The notes: generated by a model not told the origin, from the sequence alone. 56,364 nucleotides of DNA from an uncultured archaeon (GCA_964400475.1 CAYNTH010000004.1:1-56364), one strand, 5' to 3'. Numbered from the stretch's first letter, positions 8,782 through 19,799 are shown. Translations and numbers: made by a program.

Positions 8782-10293
8782 TTATTTCTTCCGTTTGAAT
8801 GTCCCACCGGCTATTCTCATTCTCTCGATATCATCTTCGGTGATGTACTCGAATAAGTAAAGGGCCTCCAGGAATATCAGCACCCCACCGACTATCCCGA
8901 AAATCATCATTAGAATACTGTCCTTGGGAACGGCTATCAAGAACAAGGCCATCAAGAACGCTGATAGGAGGACCATATGGAGCCCATCGTATATGTCTAT
9001 CCCTATCTCCTTCTTCAAAAAGTATGGCATCAGCAGCATAGATGTGAATCCGGTCAATGTCAACGATAATGCAGCACCCGTGAACCCGAACATCGGGGTG
9101 AGTATTATCAGCGATAGTATATATTGTATTGCAGTGAACCCCATCAACAGTCCGGATAATTTGGGTTTGCCTATACCGACCAATACCGAGGACAGGTTGT
9201 ATCCGAACATCAGCATGAAGGTACCCACCATGAGTATCTGCAGGGGCACGATGGCCTGTGCGAATCTGAAACCGTAGAAAGTCAATATTATGGGTCTTGC
9301 CAATATCAAGACCACAATCGTTATCGGTACACCTATCAATATCGGATACTTCACAGCTATCTTCACGTAGTCTTCTGTCAATTTATCGTCCTTCTTCGAA
9401 TACGCCTCAGCAATAGCGGGTATTATTGGCAATGAGAAGGACGTCATGTAAAACAATATGCTAGACAATGTATCGGCCACGCTGTACACACCGACATGTG
9501 CATACTCAAAGAACATGTTCAATATCACTATGTCCAGACTCTTCATGACATTGAAAGATATCATACCGAGCGATATGAACACACCAAAGACAGCCATCTT
9601 CTTGAACTCGGTAATGCTCTTCATGTCGGTAATACCGCTCTCTGTTTCGAATAGCTTGGTCATATCGAACGGGAATTTCTTCATCCTATATCGAATGAAA
9701 TAAACCGAAAGGCCCAACTGCCACATCGTCATGACCAAGAGCAATATGGGGAACCATCTCGGAGACATCCCAAACGTTATCATCAAGAAACCGACCAACA
9801 ATAGGATTATATATCTGCTGGAGTTGATTATGGACAGATACTTGCTCTGCTGGAATGATCCTATCACGCCCATCAGCGCGTCCTTGGTGCCCGAAAAGAG
9901 AAATGCCAATGCGAGACTGATTATCATTGGTCTGAGTACGAAATCGTCGATATAAAAAATCACAATGGACAACAAGAGAAAAACGGCTATCCCGATGAAC
10001 GTCATGTACTTTATCGAATTCGAGAAGAAATCCAATATATCTTTTTTACTCGCAAGATATTCCGAGCCGTATTTCATCAGCCCCTGGAACAATCCACCGA
10101 ACACCAACACCCATATGAATGTATAGAGCGAATAGGCCGTGTTGAATATACCATATCCGACTGCATCGTACGTCCTGCTGACAGATATACTCCACAACCA
10201 CGACGATATACCGCCCAGCGTCATCAATAATAAAAACCATATCCCGCCAGCGACCAACCTCTCCGGCCCTGAACTTTCAAAAACATCGCCCAT
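8782..10293 (-). CDS. MOP/RfbX-type oligosaccharide flippase (polysaccharide biosynthesis protein)
   Basis: 503 aa polytopic membrane protein with YGIFNTAY, HVGVYSVA, IIPAIAEAY and FGFTGAALS motifs. Confidence 0.8.
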   Translation of the reverse strand: MGDVFESSGPERLVAGGIWFLLLMTLGGISSWLWSISVSRTYDAVGYGIFNTAYSLYTFIWVLVFGGLFQGLMKYGSEYLASKKDILDFFSNSIKYMTFIGIAVFLLLSIVIFYIDDFVLRPMIISLALAFLFSGTKDALMGVIGSFQQSKYLSIINSSRYIILLLVGFLMITFGMSPRWFPILLLVMTMWQLGLSVYFIRYRMKKFPFDMTKLFETESGITDMKSITEFKKMAVFGVFISLGMISFNVMKSLDIVILNMFFEYAHVGVYSVADTLSSILFYMTSFSLPIIPAIAEAYSKKDDKLTEDYVKIAVKYPILIGVPITIVVLILARPIILTFYGFRFAQAIVPLQILMVGTFMLMFGYNLSSVLVGIGKPKLSGLLMGFTAIQYILSLIILTPMFGFTGAALSLTLTGFTSMLLMPYFLKKEIGIDIYDGLHMVLLSAFLMALFLIAVPKDSILMMIFGIVGGVLIFLEALYLFEYITEDDIERMRIAGGTFKRKK

Positions 10294-10369
10294 TTAAACC
10301 TCTCCGACAAACATTATTAAGAGACCTAAATAATTACTTGATATCTGAGAATAAATTGATTAAGGGGTC

Positions 10370-10729
10370 ATGGAAATGGAAGACGAAGTCGAAACGATAT
10401 ATACGGACGGTTCTGGAGACGGCAGGATGGCATGGTACAACAAGACCACCGGTGAGATATGGTCCGGCAAGGAGGAAGGACTGACGAACAACGAAACCGA
10501 ATATATGGCAGTGTATTATGCATTGAAATTCGTTGATTCGAAAAATATCGAGATATTCAGCGATTCGAAATTGGTGGTCAATCAACTCAACAGGAACTGG
10601 CACATAAAGAACGACAGAATGAGGAAATTGTTCGACAAAATCCAAGAAATCATAAAGGACAGGAAATTGATAGTGAATTTCCATTGGGTGAACAGGGAGG
10701 ACAATCCAGCTGGCAAATATCTTGGCTAG
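10370..10729 (+). CDS. Ribonuclease HI-like protein (archaeal type)
   Basis: IYTDGS, TNNETEY, IFSDSKLVVNQL, FHWVNREDN motifs; the fourth carboxylate position appears to be Gly (NPAGK). Confidence 0.85.
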   Translation: MEMEDEVETIYTDGSGDGRMAWYNKTTGEIWSGKEEGLTNNETEYMAVYYALKFVDSKNIEIFSDSKLVVNQLNRNWHIKNDRMRKLFDKIQEIIKDRKLIVNFHWVNREDNPAGKYLG

Positions 10730-11229
10730 CAGTAATCTTTCCCGGATTCTCTTTTTTCCCTGGCTATACCGGTTCCTTTCACGACCTTCCCGTGCATTTC
10801 TTCAAGTTCGTCTGAAATCGACATGTCGTTTTTCTTATAATATTGATATATCGCTTCATGTAGCGCGTCCGATGATAGCATCGAACAGTGCACCTTCATC
10901 TTTGGCAGACCCCCCAATTTCTCGATGATATCATCCCTGTCGATATCCAGAGCTTCTTCAAGTGTCTTACCCATCGCAATCTCGGTTATAACACTTCCGG
11001 TAGCAACAGAGGCAGCACATCCCAAACTCTGAAACTTTATGTCTTCTATGTATAAATCCCCGTTACCATTCTCACCTATCTTAAGGTATAACCACAACTC
11101 ATCACCACATATCGGACTACCTACCTTGGCAACAGTATCTGCATCATCCATATCCCCCATGTTCCTGGGATTCTTGAAATGATCTATAACTTCCTTGCTG
11201 TAAGGGCCATATCTATTTTCATCTGTCAT
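10726..11229 (-). CDS. iscU: IscU/NifU-N Fe-S cluster scaffold
   Basis: YSKEVIDHFKNPRNMG, ICGD, GCAAS, KVHCSML conserved Cys motifs. Confidence 0.93.
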   Translation of the reverse strand: MTDENRYGPYSKEVIDHFKNPRNMGDMDDADTVAKVGSPICGDELWLYLKIGENGNGDLYIEDIKFQSLGCAASVATGSVITEIAMGKTLEEALDIDRDDIIEKLGGLPKMKVHCSMLSSDALHEAIYQYYKKNDMSISDELEEMHGKVVKGTGIAREKRESGKDYC

Positions 11230-11285
11230 TATTTATTTATAACAGTGTTATAATTTATATCTTTCGATGCGTTTGATTCTTAAAT

Positions 11286-11774
11286 ATGAATGGATTATCT
11301 AAATCTGTGTTGGACTACAAAAAGACTGACAAATGCATATATCCGCTTTCGGATGTGTTCGAATTGCTGGACGTGTTTGAATTCCACGAAGATTATGAAA
11401 AAATGGAATCCGGATATTCATGGAATCTACACATAGCAGAATTGGAGGATTCGTTGTATACCAACATCTACCTGGCAGTCCTGGAAAATCACAAAGTTGC
11501 GGGTATGGTAAATGCGTTATATTCTAGAGATTCGGCGGTGTTGGACATCACCAACATAAACACGAAAAATAAATACAAAGGTATCGGATTGGGAAAATCA
11601 AGGATATCGGATTTGATAAAAATAGCCAAATACATAGGACCTGCACCGAAGAAGGTGAGACTAAAAGGGTACGTCAAACCAGAGGGAAAATCGTTCTTCA
11701 GCTACCTTGGTTTCAAATTAACCGATGACATTTGGGAAATTGAATACAACCACCTGATGAAAAGGCTCGAATAA
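11286..11774 (+). CDS. Putative GNAT-family acetyltransferase
   Basis: Motif A-like NKYKGIGLGK after a beta strand, and C-terminal FFSYLGF. Confidence 0.55.
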   Translation: MNGLSKSVLDYKKTDKCIYPLSDVFELLDVFEFHEDYEKMESGYSWNLHIAELEDSLYTNIYLAVLENHKVAGMVNALYSRDSAVLDITNINTKNKYKGIGLGKSRISDLIKIAKYIGPAPKKVRLKGYVKPEGKSFFSYLGFKLTDDIWEIEYNHLMKRLE

Positions 11775-11835
11775 CCAACATTTTTTAACTTTTAAATCAA
11801 TTAATTCAAAAGTAATAATATTGTAGACAATTGAA

Positions 11836-12630
11836 GTGAACAAGATGGTCAAGAGGAGAGGATATCCGAGAAGGGGGGAAATCGTATTATGTACAGTCAC
11901 CCGTATAACACCATACGCGGCATGGTGCACTCTTGATGAATACGAACATGATGACGGATCATCTATTGAAGGTATGATACACATTTCACAGGTGACTGGA
12001 AAATGGGTCAGGGATATCAGAAAGCACGTTAAACATGGAAAACAATATGTCGCAAAGGTCATCAGGGTAGACCATGAAAAGGGCCACATCAATCTGAGCC
12101 TTAAGAAGGTCAACAATGTTGACAAGCGGGAAAAGATGAACAATTATAGGAGGAACAAGCGGGCAAGCGCGATGTTGCTACAAGCTGCCAAATCTATAGG
12201 GGAGACCCAACGGAAAGCGGAGGAGAAGGTAGCGGAAAAGCTAGCGAACAACTACAACGACCTATTCATAGTCTTTGAGGAGATACACGAAAACCCAGAA
12301 ATATTGAAGGAGGCAGGGATATCGAAAAAATGGAGGGACGCGATAATCAAGATAGTTGAGGACAACTTCCAGCCGAAGAAGATAACAATAAAGGCCGAAC
12401 TCGAACTCAAATCTTATCACGAAAAAGGGGTAGAAAAAATCAAGAAGGCTTTGAAGGGGATAAAGAAGGACACCAAAGCGGATATAACGTACATATCTGC
12501 ACCCAAATATCTCATAGAGATAGATACCACAACACCTAAGGAGGACGAAAGGGAGCTGAAAAAGGCAATGAAGAAGGCCATCAAAAAAGTGGAAAAGAGC
12601 GACGGTATCGGCGAATACAAATTCATCTGA
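11836..12630 (+). CDS. eif2a: Translation initiation factor aIF2 alpha subunit
   Basis: RRGYPRRGEIVLCTV S1 domain, EGMIHISQV, KGHINLSLK, YISAPKY. The first codon is GTG. Confidence 0.95.
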   Translation: MNKMVKRRGYPRRGEIVLCTVTRITPYAAWCTLDEYEHDDGSSIEGMIHISQVTGKWVRDIRKHVKHGKQYVAKVIRVDHEKGHINLSLKKVNNVDKREKMNNYRRNKRASAMLLQAAKSIGETQRKAEEKVAEKLANNYNDLFIVFEEIHENPEILKEAGISKKWRDAIIKIVEDNFQPKKITIKAELELKSYHEKGVEKIKKALKGIKKDTKADITYISAPKYLIEIDTTTPKEDERELKKAMKKAIKKVEKSDGIGEYKFI

Positions 12631-12639
12631 TCGATATTT

Positions 12640-12813
12640 ATGAAAATGAGGAAATGCGGTGAATGTGATACCTATACTCTAAAAACAGAGTGCCCAAAAT
12701 GCGGTGCAGACACAATTACACCGCATCCGCCCTCTTTCTCGCTGTCGGATAAACACGGGAAATTTAGGAGGGCCGCGAAAATCAAGATGAAAGAATCTAA
12801 AAAAGAAATATAA
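12640..12813 (+). CDS. nop10: H/ACA RNP protein Nop10 (missed by the ORF track)
   Basis: My translation: MKMRKCGECDTYTLKTECPKCGADTITPHPPSFSLSDKHGKFRR..., 57 aa, in the conserved aIF2a-Nop10-PAC2 order. Confidence 0.92.
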   Translation: MKMRKCGECDTYTLKTECPKCGADTITPHPPSFSLSDKHGKFRRAAKIKMKESKKEI

Positions 12814-12848
12814 TAACGAAACAACAATATTATTTAAAAGGTGTACTC

Positions 12849-13658
12849 ATGGTAACAAAAATAACTGAATTCGAAAAACCTAAATTAAAGAATCCTATTT
12901 TAATCGAGGGTCTCCCCGGAGTCGGGAATGTAGGGAGAATAGCAGCAGGCTATTTGATAGAGGAATTGGGTGCCAAAAAATTCGCTGAATTGCACAGCTC
13001 ACATTTCATGCCATTCGTTCTTATGAAAAAGGATTCGAACGTACATGTTTTGAATAACGAATTCTATTACTGGAAGGCCAAGAAAAAGAGCCAGAGGGAC
13101 ATGATAATACTTATTGGTGATTCCCAGAGCGTTAATCCAGAGGGACACTACGAAATCGTGGATATCATATTGGAATATATGGAAAAACTGGGAGTGAAAC
13201 AAATAATCACACTGGCCGGATTGGGAATAGGTGATAAGGAAGAAAAACCCGAAGTGGTCGGTGTTGTGAACAATCCAAAACTTGTCAAAAAATATTCGAA
13301 CAAAAAGATCGAGTTTGGAACAGATGATAAGGTCGGGACCATAGTGGGTGCATCAGGACTGCTGATAGGACTTGGTGAGAAACACGGGATGGACGGTCTA
13401 TGTCTACTGGGCGAGACTAAGGGTGTCCCAATAATACCTGATCCAAAGGCCGCGGAAGCTGTCCTAGAAGTATTGACCGATATATTGAAGGTAGAAATAG
13501 ACACTACCAAGATAGAGAAGAAGGTCAAGGAAATGGAGGAATTCATAAAACGAGTGGAAGACGTACAGAGGAAGACTGTCATGCAGATGTTGAAACAGCA
13601 GATGCCCAAATCATCGGATGAAAAGGATGATAAAAAGGACCTGAGCTACATCGGATGA
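12849..13658 (+). CDS. PAC2-family proteasome assembly chaperone
   Basis: LIEGLPGVGNVGRIAA, ITLAGLG, IVGASGLL, PDPKAA motifs. Confidence 0.92.
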   Translation: MVTKITEFEKPKLKNPILIEGLPGVGNVGRIAAGYLIEELGAKKFAELHSSHFMPFVLMKKDSNVHVLNNEFYYWKAKKKSQRDMIILIGDSQSVNPEGHYEIVDIILEYMEKLGVKQIITLAGLGIGDKEEKPEVVGVVNNPKLVKKYSNKKIEFGTDDKVGTIVGASGLLIGLGEKHGMDGLCLLGETKGVPIIPDPKAAEAVLEVLTDILKVEIDTTKIEKKVKEMEEFIKRVEDVQRKTVMQMLKQQMPKSSDEKDDKKDLSYIG

Positions 13659-13740
13659 TGAAAGAAGATTTAAATCTTTGAATTCTTCAACCTTTATAAA
13701 ACTAGAATAACAAATAAAGAACTATCATCAATGTGATTAT

Positions 13741-14409
13741 ATGACGGATGAAACGAATGATGCGGAAGACGAGGGACTACTGGTTTCCAGACAGAAATAT
13801 CTGGCATCGGGAATGCATATAGGGATGAAGCAGAAAACAGAAAAGATGAAGAGATTCATCTACAAGATAAGGCCTGATGGGTTGGCAGTACTGAATATAC
13901 AGTTGATCAATGATAGATTGAAAACAGCCGCCGAATTTATTTCCAAATATGAGAATATAGCCATAGTCAGTCGAAAGGAAATAGGCCAAAAGGCAGTCAG
14001 TAAATTTGCAGAAATAACGGGTACACATGCCGTGGTCGGTAGATTCATGCCGGGCACATTGACGAATCCCGATTATAGAGATTATTACGAAGCGGATGTA
14101 TTGATCGTTATTGATCCTATATACGATTACCAAGCGATAAAGGAGGCGTCCACTGCAAGAATACCGGTGGTCGCGTTATGTGGAACATCCAACATAACCA
14201 ACAACTTGGATTTCATAATACCTGTTAACAACAAGAGCATGAAATCTATAGCAACATCGTTGTGGATATTGAGCAGGGAGTTGCTCAAGGAACAAGGGAA
14301 GATAAAAAACGATGATGAATTCGAACACGATGACAAGGAGTTCATGGAAAAATCGTACATGAACAGATCTGAATCTCGTGGCCGTGGGAGAAAGAGACGG
14401 TCGAGATAG
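13741..14409 (+). CDS. rps2: 30S ribosomal protein S2 (uS2)
   Basis: YLASGMHIG, GRFMPGTLTNP, IPVVALC, IIPVNNKS. Confidence 0.95.
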   Translation: MTDETNDAEDEGLLVSRQKYLASGMHIGMKQKTEKMKRFIYKIRPDGLAVLNIQLINDRLKTAAEFISKYENIAIVSRKEIGQKAVSKFAEITGTHAVVGRFMPGTLTNPDYRDYYEADVLIVIDPIYDYQAIKEASTARIPVVALCGTSNITNNLDFIIPVNNKSMKSIATSLWILSRELLKEQGKIKNDDEFEHDDKEFMEKSYMNRSESRGRGRKRRSR

Positions 14410-14558
14410 AAACGATCACATTCTAAGAATTTCCGCTCAGCACGACTGAGCAGTTATCCCACAACTCCATAATATAATTCGTAGAAAACAAATCAATATT
14501 AAAATAGATTACGAAAATATATTTTACACGCTGTATTAACACATGGTTTATGAGGTAA

Positions 14559-17500
14559 GTGCCAATGACAAAAATTTCTAAGATAAAAAAAAGGGATGGA
14601 CGCATAGTTGATTTTGACAAGGACAAGATAGCGAAAGCTATTTGGAAAGCTGCTGAATCTGTTGGTGGTGAAGATCGCACCAGATCGAAAGAACTGGCTG
14701 AAATAGTTGCAAAGGAATTGGAAAAACGATATGAAGGAAATGACGACATGCCGACAGTGGAAGAAGTCCAAGATATAGTAGAGAAGACACTTATAGAAGA
14801 GAGACACGCCACGGTGGCAAAATCCTATATATTGTACAGACAGAAAAGAACCGATGTAAGAAAGATAAAATCGCTGTTGGGTGTGGAAGACGAACTGAAG
14901 ATGAGTTTGAATGCCATAAAGGTCATGGCGAGTAGATATTTGTTGAAGGACGAAAACTTGAACATAATAGAAAGTACAGACGACCTGTTCAAGAGGGTCG
15001 CAAAGGCCATAGCGGAACCTGAGAAAAAATACGGTGGGGAGGAAAAGACTAAGGAATACGAGGAAAAATTCTATGATATCATGACTAAGAGGGAATTCAT
15101 GCCGAATAGCCCAACCTTGATGAATGCCGGAACCGAGATAGGACAATTATCCGCTTGTTTTGTTCTACCCGTTGAAGATTCTATAAGGGGCATATTCGAA
15201 GCAGTTAAACAAACTGCCATAATACATAAATCCGGTGGTGGAACGGGGTTCTCATTCGCGAGGCTCAGGCCAAAGGGGGATGTTGTAAAAAGTACAGGAG
15301 GAATAGCTTCTGGGCCATTGTCATTTATGCAGGTATTCAATTCTGCAACTGAGGTCATCAAACAGGGTGGTAAAAGAAGGGGTGCCAACATGGGTATATT
15401 GCGAGTGGATCACCCAGATATATTGGAATTCATAACATCCAAGGAAAAGGAAGGTAAATTGAGTAATTTTAATATTTCCATAACTGCTACGGATGAATTC
15501 ATGCGGGCAGTTGAGACGAATTCGGAATATTCTTTGAAGAATCCGAGAACAACCCAGCCAGCCAAAAAAATGCCTGCAAGGGCTGTATTCAATCTGATGG
15601 TGATGATGGCGTGGAAAAACGGTGAACCCGGCATGATATTTATAGACAGGGTTAACGAGAAAAACCCAACACCGCATGTGGGCGAGATAGAATCCACTAA
15701 TCCATGTGTGGTTGGTGATACGATAATTTCAACAGAGAATGGATTAGAAAGAATAAAAGACATTGTAAAAAAATACCCTGACGGTGGATTTAAGATTTCT
15801 ACGGATAATCGGATACCTATTGTAACTACAAGTAACGGTAATACGCTATTGATGAAACAAAAATCTAAGGGAACTTCACTCAGAACTGTCTCAAATACAT
15901 GGGACGTAGGTAATAGAGATGTATTTAAAATTGTTACTAAATCTGGTTATGAGCTCATGGCTACTCCCGACCACAAGATAATGACAAATAATGGATGGGT
16001 TAAAACCAAAGATTTGATACCGAACAAACACAAGGTATTCATTCAATCGGGAACAGGATGCTTCAATAAAGATAAAAAATTACCATTTGAGCCAAACAAT
16101 ATGATTAAAGGTAGAAATGGGAGAACATACTCTTTCAATTTACCTTCAAAATGGTCTAAAGAACTAGGAATCACCTTAGGATGGTTGATAGGAGATGGTT
16201 GGCTTAGAGATGGTGATAAAAATTGTAGAGTTGGCTTTTCCTTCGGCAAAGAAGACAAAGAAGTTTTCGATTATCTTAAACCAATTGTTAATCATATGTA
16301 TGGAAAAGATATAAAAGAAGTTGAAAGAGAAAACGAAGTTATCCATTTGTCATATCATTCGAAATTTTTTGTAAACTTTTTCAAAAGACTCGGGGTAAAA
16401 GCAGTTAAAGCTGACAAAAAAATTGTACCGGAAGCTCTATTTACAGCTCCAAAAGAAGCCGTTATCGGATTTATACAGGGACTGTTCACAGCTGATGGCA
16501 CTGTTAGAAACAGTCGTAAAAGTTCCAGCGATTGGGTAGCACTTTCGTCCAAAAGTAAAAAATTACTTAAAGATGTACAAATGTTACTCTTAAATTTAGG
16601 TATAAGATCTGTTATATTTGACAGATCGCGACCACGTAGAGATAACTTATTTGAATATGTAAATATTGATGGTGAAAAAAAGACATATGGTTCAGATGGG
16701 ATTTTATATGAAATTGGGATTTTTGGATCAAGTCTTGATAAATTCAAAAAAGAAATAGGGTTCATTTCTAGACATAAAACAAATAGTCTTAATAACATTC
16801 GATATAAGAAAAGAAGATCCATGAAATTTGTTGATGATATCGAATCAGTTGAACATGTGGGTAAAAGGAAAGTTTTTGATTTAACGGAGCCATTGACCCA
16901 TTCGATGATTTGTAACTGTTTAGTAGTACACCAATGTGGGGAGCAGCCTTTATTGCCTTGGGAATCGTGCAATCTGGGTTCTATAAATCTGGAAAAGATG
17001 ATGACCAATGGCGACATCGACTGGGATAAATTGAGAGAAACCGTCAGACTGGCAGTGAGATTCCTCGATAACGTGATAGATGTCAACAAATACCCGATCA
17101 AGGAGATAGAAGAGATGACCAAATCCAACAGGAAAATCGGGTTGGGTGTGATGGGATTCGCGGATTTGCTAATCAAGATGAAAATAAAATATGATTCGCA
17201 AGAAGCAATAAACCTAGCACAAAAGATAATGAAATTTATACAGGATGAATCAAAGAAGATGTCGGAAGAATTGGGGAAGGAGAAGGGATCGTTCCAAAAT
17301 TTCAAAGGAAGCAAATTGGATGGAAAGTACGAACATATGAGGAACGCAACAACGACCACGATAGCACCAACAGGGACAATAAGCGTGATATCCAACTGCT
17401 CATCCGGTATAGAACCGATATTCGCGGTGTCTTATATCAGGGATGTCAGTGACAGTCTTGGACATGAGTTGATCGAGATTAACAATAATTTCGAAACAAT

Positions 17501-17903
17501 GATGATAGAAAGGGAGATGTATACAGAAGAACTGATCAAAAAGATAAGCCAAAGGGGCAGTATACAGAACATAGGGGAAATCCCTGAAGATGTTAGAGAT
17601 ATATTTGTAACAGCGCTGGATATAGAACCAGAATGGCATGTTAGGATACAAGCTGCTTTCCAAAAATACGTGGACAACGCGGTTTCAAAAACAATAAACT
17701 TCCCGATGTCTGCAACACCCCATGATGTTGAAAAGGCATTCCTGCTAGCGTGGAAACTCGGATGCAAAGGAATCACGGTCTATAGATATGGGAGCAGGGA
17801 GAAACAGGTGCTGAACATAAGTAATGGGAACAAAAGTTCATCAGAACCAAAGAAGGCGAAATTGGGGGAAGCTCTAGGCGGTTGTCCAAACTGTCACATA
17901 TAA
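14559..17903 (+). CDS. nrdJ: Class II (AdoCbl-dependent) ribonucleotide reductase with N-terminal ATP cone, interrupted by an intein
   Basis: ATP cone ([13 protein letters not shown]), [23 protein letters not shown]|CGEQPL, CNLGS, TIAPTGT, C-terminal CPNC. About 704 aa after splicing. Start may be GTG 14559 or ATG 14565. Confidence 0.93.
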   Translation: MPMTKISKIKKRDGRIVDFDKDKIAKAIWKAAESVGGEDRTRSKELAEIVAKELEKRYEGNDDMPTVEEVQDIVEKTLIEERHATVAKSYILYRQKRTDVRKIKSLLGVEDELKMSLNAIKVMASRYLLKDENLNIIESTDDLFKRVAKAIAEPEKKYGGEEKTKEYEEKFYDIMTKREFMPNSPTLMNAGTEIGQLSACFVLPVEDSIRGIFEAVKQTAIIHKSGGGTGFSFARLRPKGDVVKSTGGIASGPLSFMQVFNSATEVIKQGGKRRGANMGILRVDHPDILEFITSKEKEGKLSNFNISITATDEFMRAVETNSEYSLKNPRTTQPAKKMPARAVFNLMVMMAWKNGEPGMIFIDRVNEKNPTPHVGEIESTNPCVVGDTIISTENGLERIKDIVKKYPDGGFKISTDNRIPIVTTSNGNTLLMKQKSKGTSLRTVSNTWDVGNRDVFKIVTKSGYELMATPDHKIMTNNGWVKTKDLIPNKHKVFIQSGTGCFNKDKKLPFEPNNMIKGRNGRTYSFNLPSKWSKELGITLGWLIGDGWLRDGDKNCRVGFSFGKEDKEVFDYLKPIVNHMYGKDIKEVERENEVIHLSYHSKFFVNFFKRLGVKAVKADKKIVPEALFTAPKEAVIGFIQGLFTADGTVRNSRKSSSDWVALSSKSKKLLKDVQMLLLNLGIRSVIFDRSRPRRDNLFEYVNIDGEKKTYGSDGILYEIGIFGSSLDKFKKEIGFISRHKTNSLNNIRYKKRRSMKFVDDIESVEHVGKRKVFDLTEPLTHSMICNCLVVHQCGEQPLLPWESCNLGSINLEKMMTNGDIDWDKLRETVRLAVRFLDNVIDVNKYPIKEIEEMTKSNRKIGLGVMGFADLLIKMKIKYDSQEAINLAQKIMKFIQDESKKMSEELGKEKGSFQNFKGSKLDGKYEHMRNATTTTIAPTGTISVISNCSSGIEPIFAVSYIRDVSDSLGHELIEINNNFETMMIEREMYTEELIKKISQRGSIQNIGEIPEDVRDIFVTALDIEPEWHVRIQAAFQKYVDNAVSKTINFPMSATPHDVEKAFLLAWKLGCKGITVYRYGSREKQVLNISNGNKSSSEPKKAKLGEALGGCPNCHI
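15705..16934 (+). mobile_element. LAGLIDADG homing-endonuclease intein (410 aa) at the RNR active-site Cys
   Basis: Starts [13 protein letters not shown] after ESTNP; block B ATPDHKI; LGWLIGDG and IQGLFTADG motifs; ends LVVHQ before CGEQPL. Confidence 0.93.
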
Positions 17904-17941
17904 ATTTTAATTTTAAATAACTGGATATTGTAAATGATTTT

Positions 17942-18250
17942 ATGAATCCTATATTTTTGATACTGGGTCTGGTAGATACTCTTGCAGCAGGATTGATATT
18001 CTATCCCATACACGAGGCATTGTACCTTTACTTCATGATATATATGATAGCGAAGGGTGGATTTTTCTTCATAAACGGAATCGCGTCAAAAAACATAACA
18101 CCCTGCTTGACACTATCCTTAATAGACATAATAACCGGTTTATTGCTTGGTGCCATATCTATGGGATACAGTTATGATTTTTTCACAATATTGGGTATGA
18201 TATCGGTTGGTAAGGGACTGTTCTGTGTTATACTACCGTTTTTGTATTGA
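17942..18250 (+). CDS. Small four-TM membrane protein, function unknown
   Basis: 102 aa, hydrophobic, with an internal repeat (D-x-x-x-GL ... KG-x-F twice); lies between nrdJ and the adenosyltransferase. Confidence 0.7.
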   Translation: MNPIFLILGLVDTLAAGLIFYPIHEALYLYFMIYMIAKGGFFFINGIASKNITPCLTLSLIDIITGLLLGAISMGYSYDFFTILGMISVGKGLFCVILPFLY

Positions 18251-18259
18251 GGTTTTCTT

Positions 18260-18823
18260 ATGAAAGACAAGATGTCAGCAAAGACCAAGAAGGAGATTGG
18301 GGAAAAGAGACGTGGAATGATATATCTATATACAGGAACAGGTGCCGGCAAGACCACCAATGCACTGGGAATCGCTATGAGATGCGTGGGACATGAAAAA
18401 AAGGTGGTCATTATACAATTCCTGAAATGGTTGAAAGAGACGGGCGAATATAAAATCAGGGATAAGTTAAAACCATATTATGAGATATACCAATTCGGTA
18501 GGAAGGGATGGATAGGATTGGACAATCTCAATGAAGAGGATGAAAAATTGGCCAAAGAGGGATTCGAATTCGCCAAAAAAATCGTGGAAGAAAAACACCC
18601 GCATGTACTGGTGTTGGACGAACTTACAATAGCCATGAGCAGGGGGTTATTGGATAAAGATGAAGTATCGGAATTTCTATTGAACATGCCACCAAGCACG
18701 GACGTTGTTATAACAGGGAGATACGCTCCGGGCGAGTTGTGGGATATAGCGGATTTTGTCAATATAATTGTAGAAAATAAATATCCTAAGGAAATGGTGT
18801 CCAAGAAGGGGATACAATATTAG
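18260..18823 (+). CDS. Cob(I)yrinic acid a,c-diamide / cobalamin adenosyltransferase (CobA/BtuR family)
   Basis: YLYTGTGAGKTTNALGIAMR, IIQFLK, VLVLDEL, VVITGRYAP. Confidence 0.9.
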   Translation: MKDKMSAKTKKEIGEKRRGMIYLYTGTGAGKTTNALGIAMRCVGHEKKVVIIQFLKWLKETGEYKIRDKLKPYYEIYQFGRKGWIGLDNLNEEDEKLAKEGFEFAKKIVEEKHPHVLVLDELTIAMSRGLLDKDEVSEFLLNMPPSTDVVITGRYAPGELWDIADFVNIIVENKYPKEMVSKKGIQY

Positions 18824-18870
18824 AATTATTTAAAAATGATAAAATCAAGATAGATAATAAGTGAATTGTT

Positions 18871-19062
18871 ATGGCAAATGTGAAAATAGATCAGGAAAAA
18901 TGTATTGGATGCGGTCTTTGTGCCGGAATGTGCGAAGATGTATTCGAATTGAAGCTAGATGGCAAAGCATATGTAAAAAACGGATCGAATTGCGGAGAAA
19001 ACTGTGATTGTAAATCTGTTTCAGAGAGTTGTCCAGTAGATGCCATAGAATACAGCGAATGA
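18871..19062 (+). CDS. Ferredoxin
   Basis: CIGCGLC...SCPVDAI motif, 63 aa. Confidence 0.92.
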   Translation: MANVKIDQEKCIGCGLCAGMCEDVFELKLDGKAYVKNGSNCGENCDCKSVSESCPVDAIEYSE

Positions 19063-19064
19063 TT

Positions 19065-19799
19065 CTATATCTCTATTTTACTTTCTTTACCCCTTAATTT
19101 GATTATCCTGGCGTTTTCTTTTGTCTTTTTGACTTTTACAGTATCCCCGGTTCTCAGTGGTATCATCGTGGTATTGTTATCAGCACACATAAGCCCGGGA
19201 CCACGCTTGATAGAAACTTTAACCGTATCTTCTGGCTTGGCATGTTTGTAATTCATTATCTCTCCGGTTTTTATCGATTTGGTATTGTTGAATGCTATAC
19301 CTATTCCATTTGAAAATTTACGGCCAACTATCGTATGATAATATGCTGTGCTTCCATAAGGCGTTGCTATTATCACACCATCACCAATTAACCCATTCTC
19401 AGAAGATTTTCCGTCAACGAATAAATCATATCTGATGGCCTTTGTCGGAAATGCGTGCGCAACGTTAATCTCATTCAGACCGACCAATTTTCTATGTTTA
19501 TCATCGTTCACTATACCTTCCAATTTCATCTTCTCGATAACACTATATTTTCCATTTTTCAATTTTTTGAGTATCTTAGATAAACTGTGACTGCCGGCCT
19601 CGCATTTTTCACAATGTTTGCTATGTTTTATCGTCAATCTGGGTATACCTGGATATAGCTGCTCTGCAAAAAGTGCGGAACCATCACCGCCATAAGAAAC
19701 CACTAAATTTGGATTTATCTTATCTATATCGAATCCCTCGTGTTTCAGCTCCCCTTCAATGACCTTCGTATCTACTCCTATTACAGCAACTTTCTTCAT
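19065..19799 (-). CDS. NAD(+) kinase
   Basis: GGDG, LNE, DGVIIATPYGSTAY motifs. Confidence 0.92.
   Translation of the reverse strand: MKKVAVIGVDTKVIEGELKHEGFDIDKINPNLVVSYGGDGSALFAEQLYPGIPRLTIKHSKHCEKCEAGSHSLSKILKKLKNGKYSVIEKMKLEGIVNDDKHRKLVGLNEINVAHAFPTKAIRYDLFVDGKSSENGLIGDGVIIATPYGSTAYYHTIVGRKFSNGIGIAFNNTKSIKTGEIMNYKHAKPEDTVKVSIKRGPGLMCADNNTTMIPLRTGDTVKVKKTKENARIIKLRGKESKIEI

Noticed and set aside
14410-14558. Cobalamin riboswitch or NrdR boxes upstream of nrdJ
   Set aside because: Only a 6-bp hairpin (GCTCAG/CTGAGC, 14435-14451) is visible; there is no B12-box and the region is short and AT-rich.
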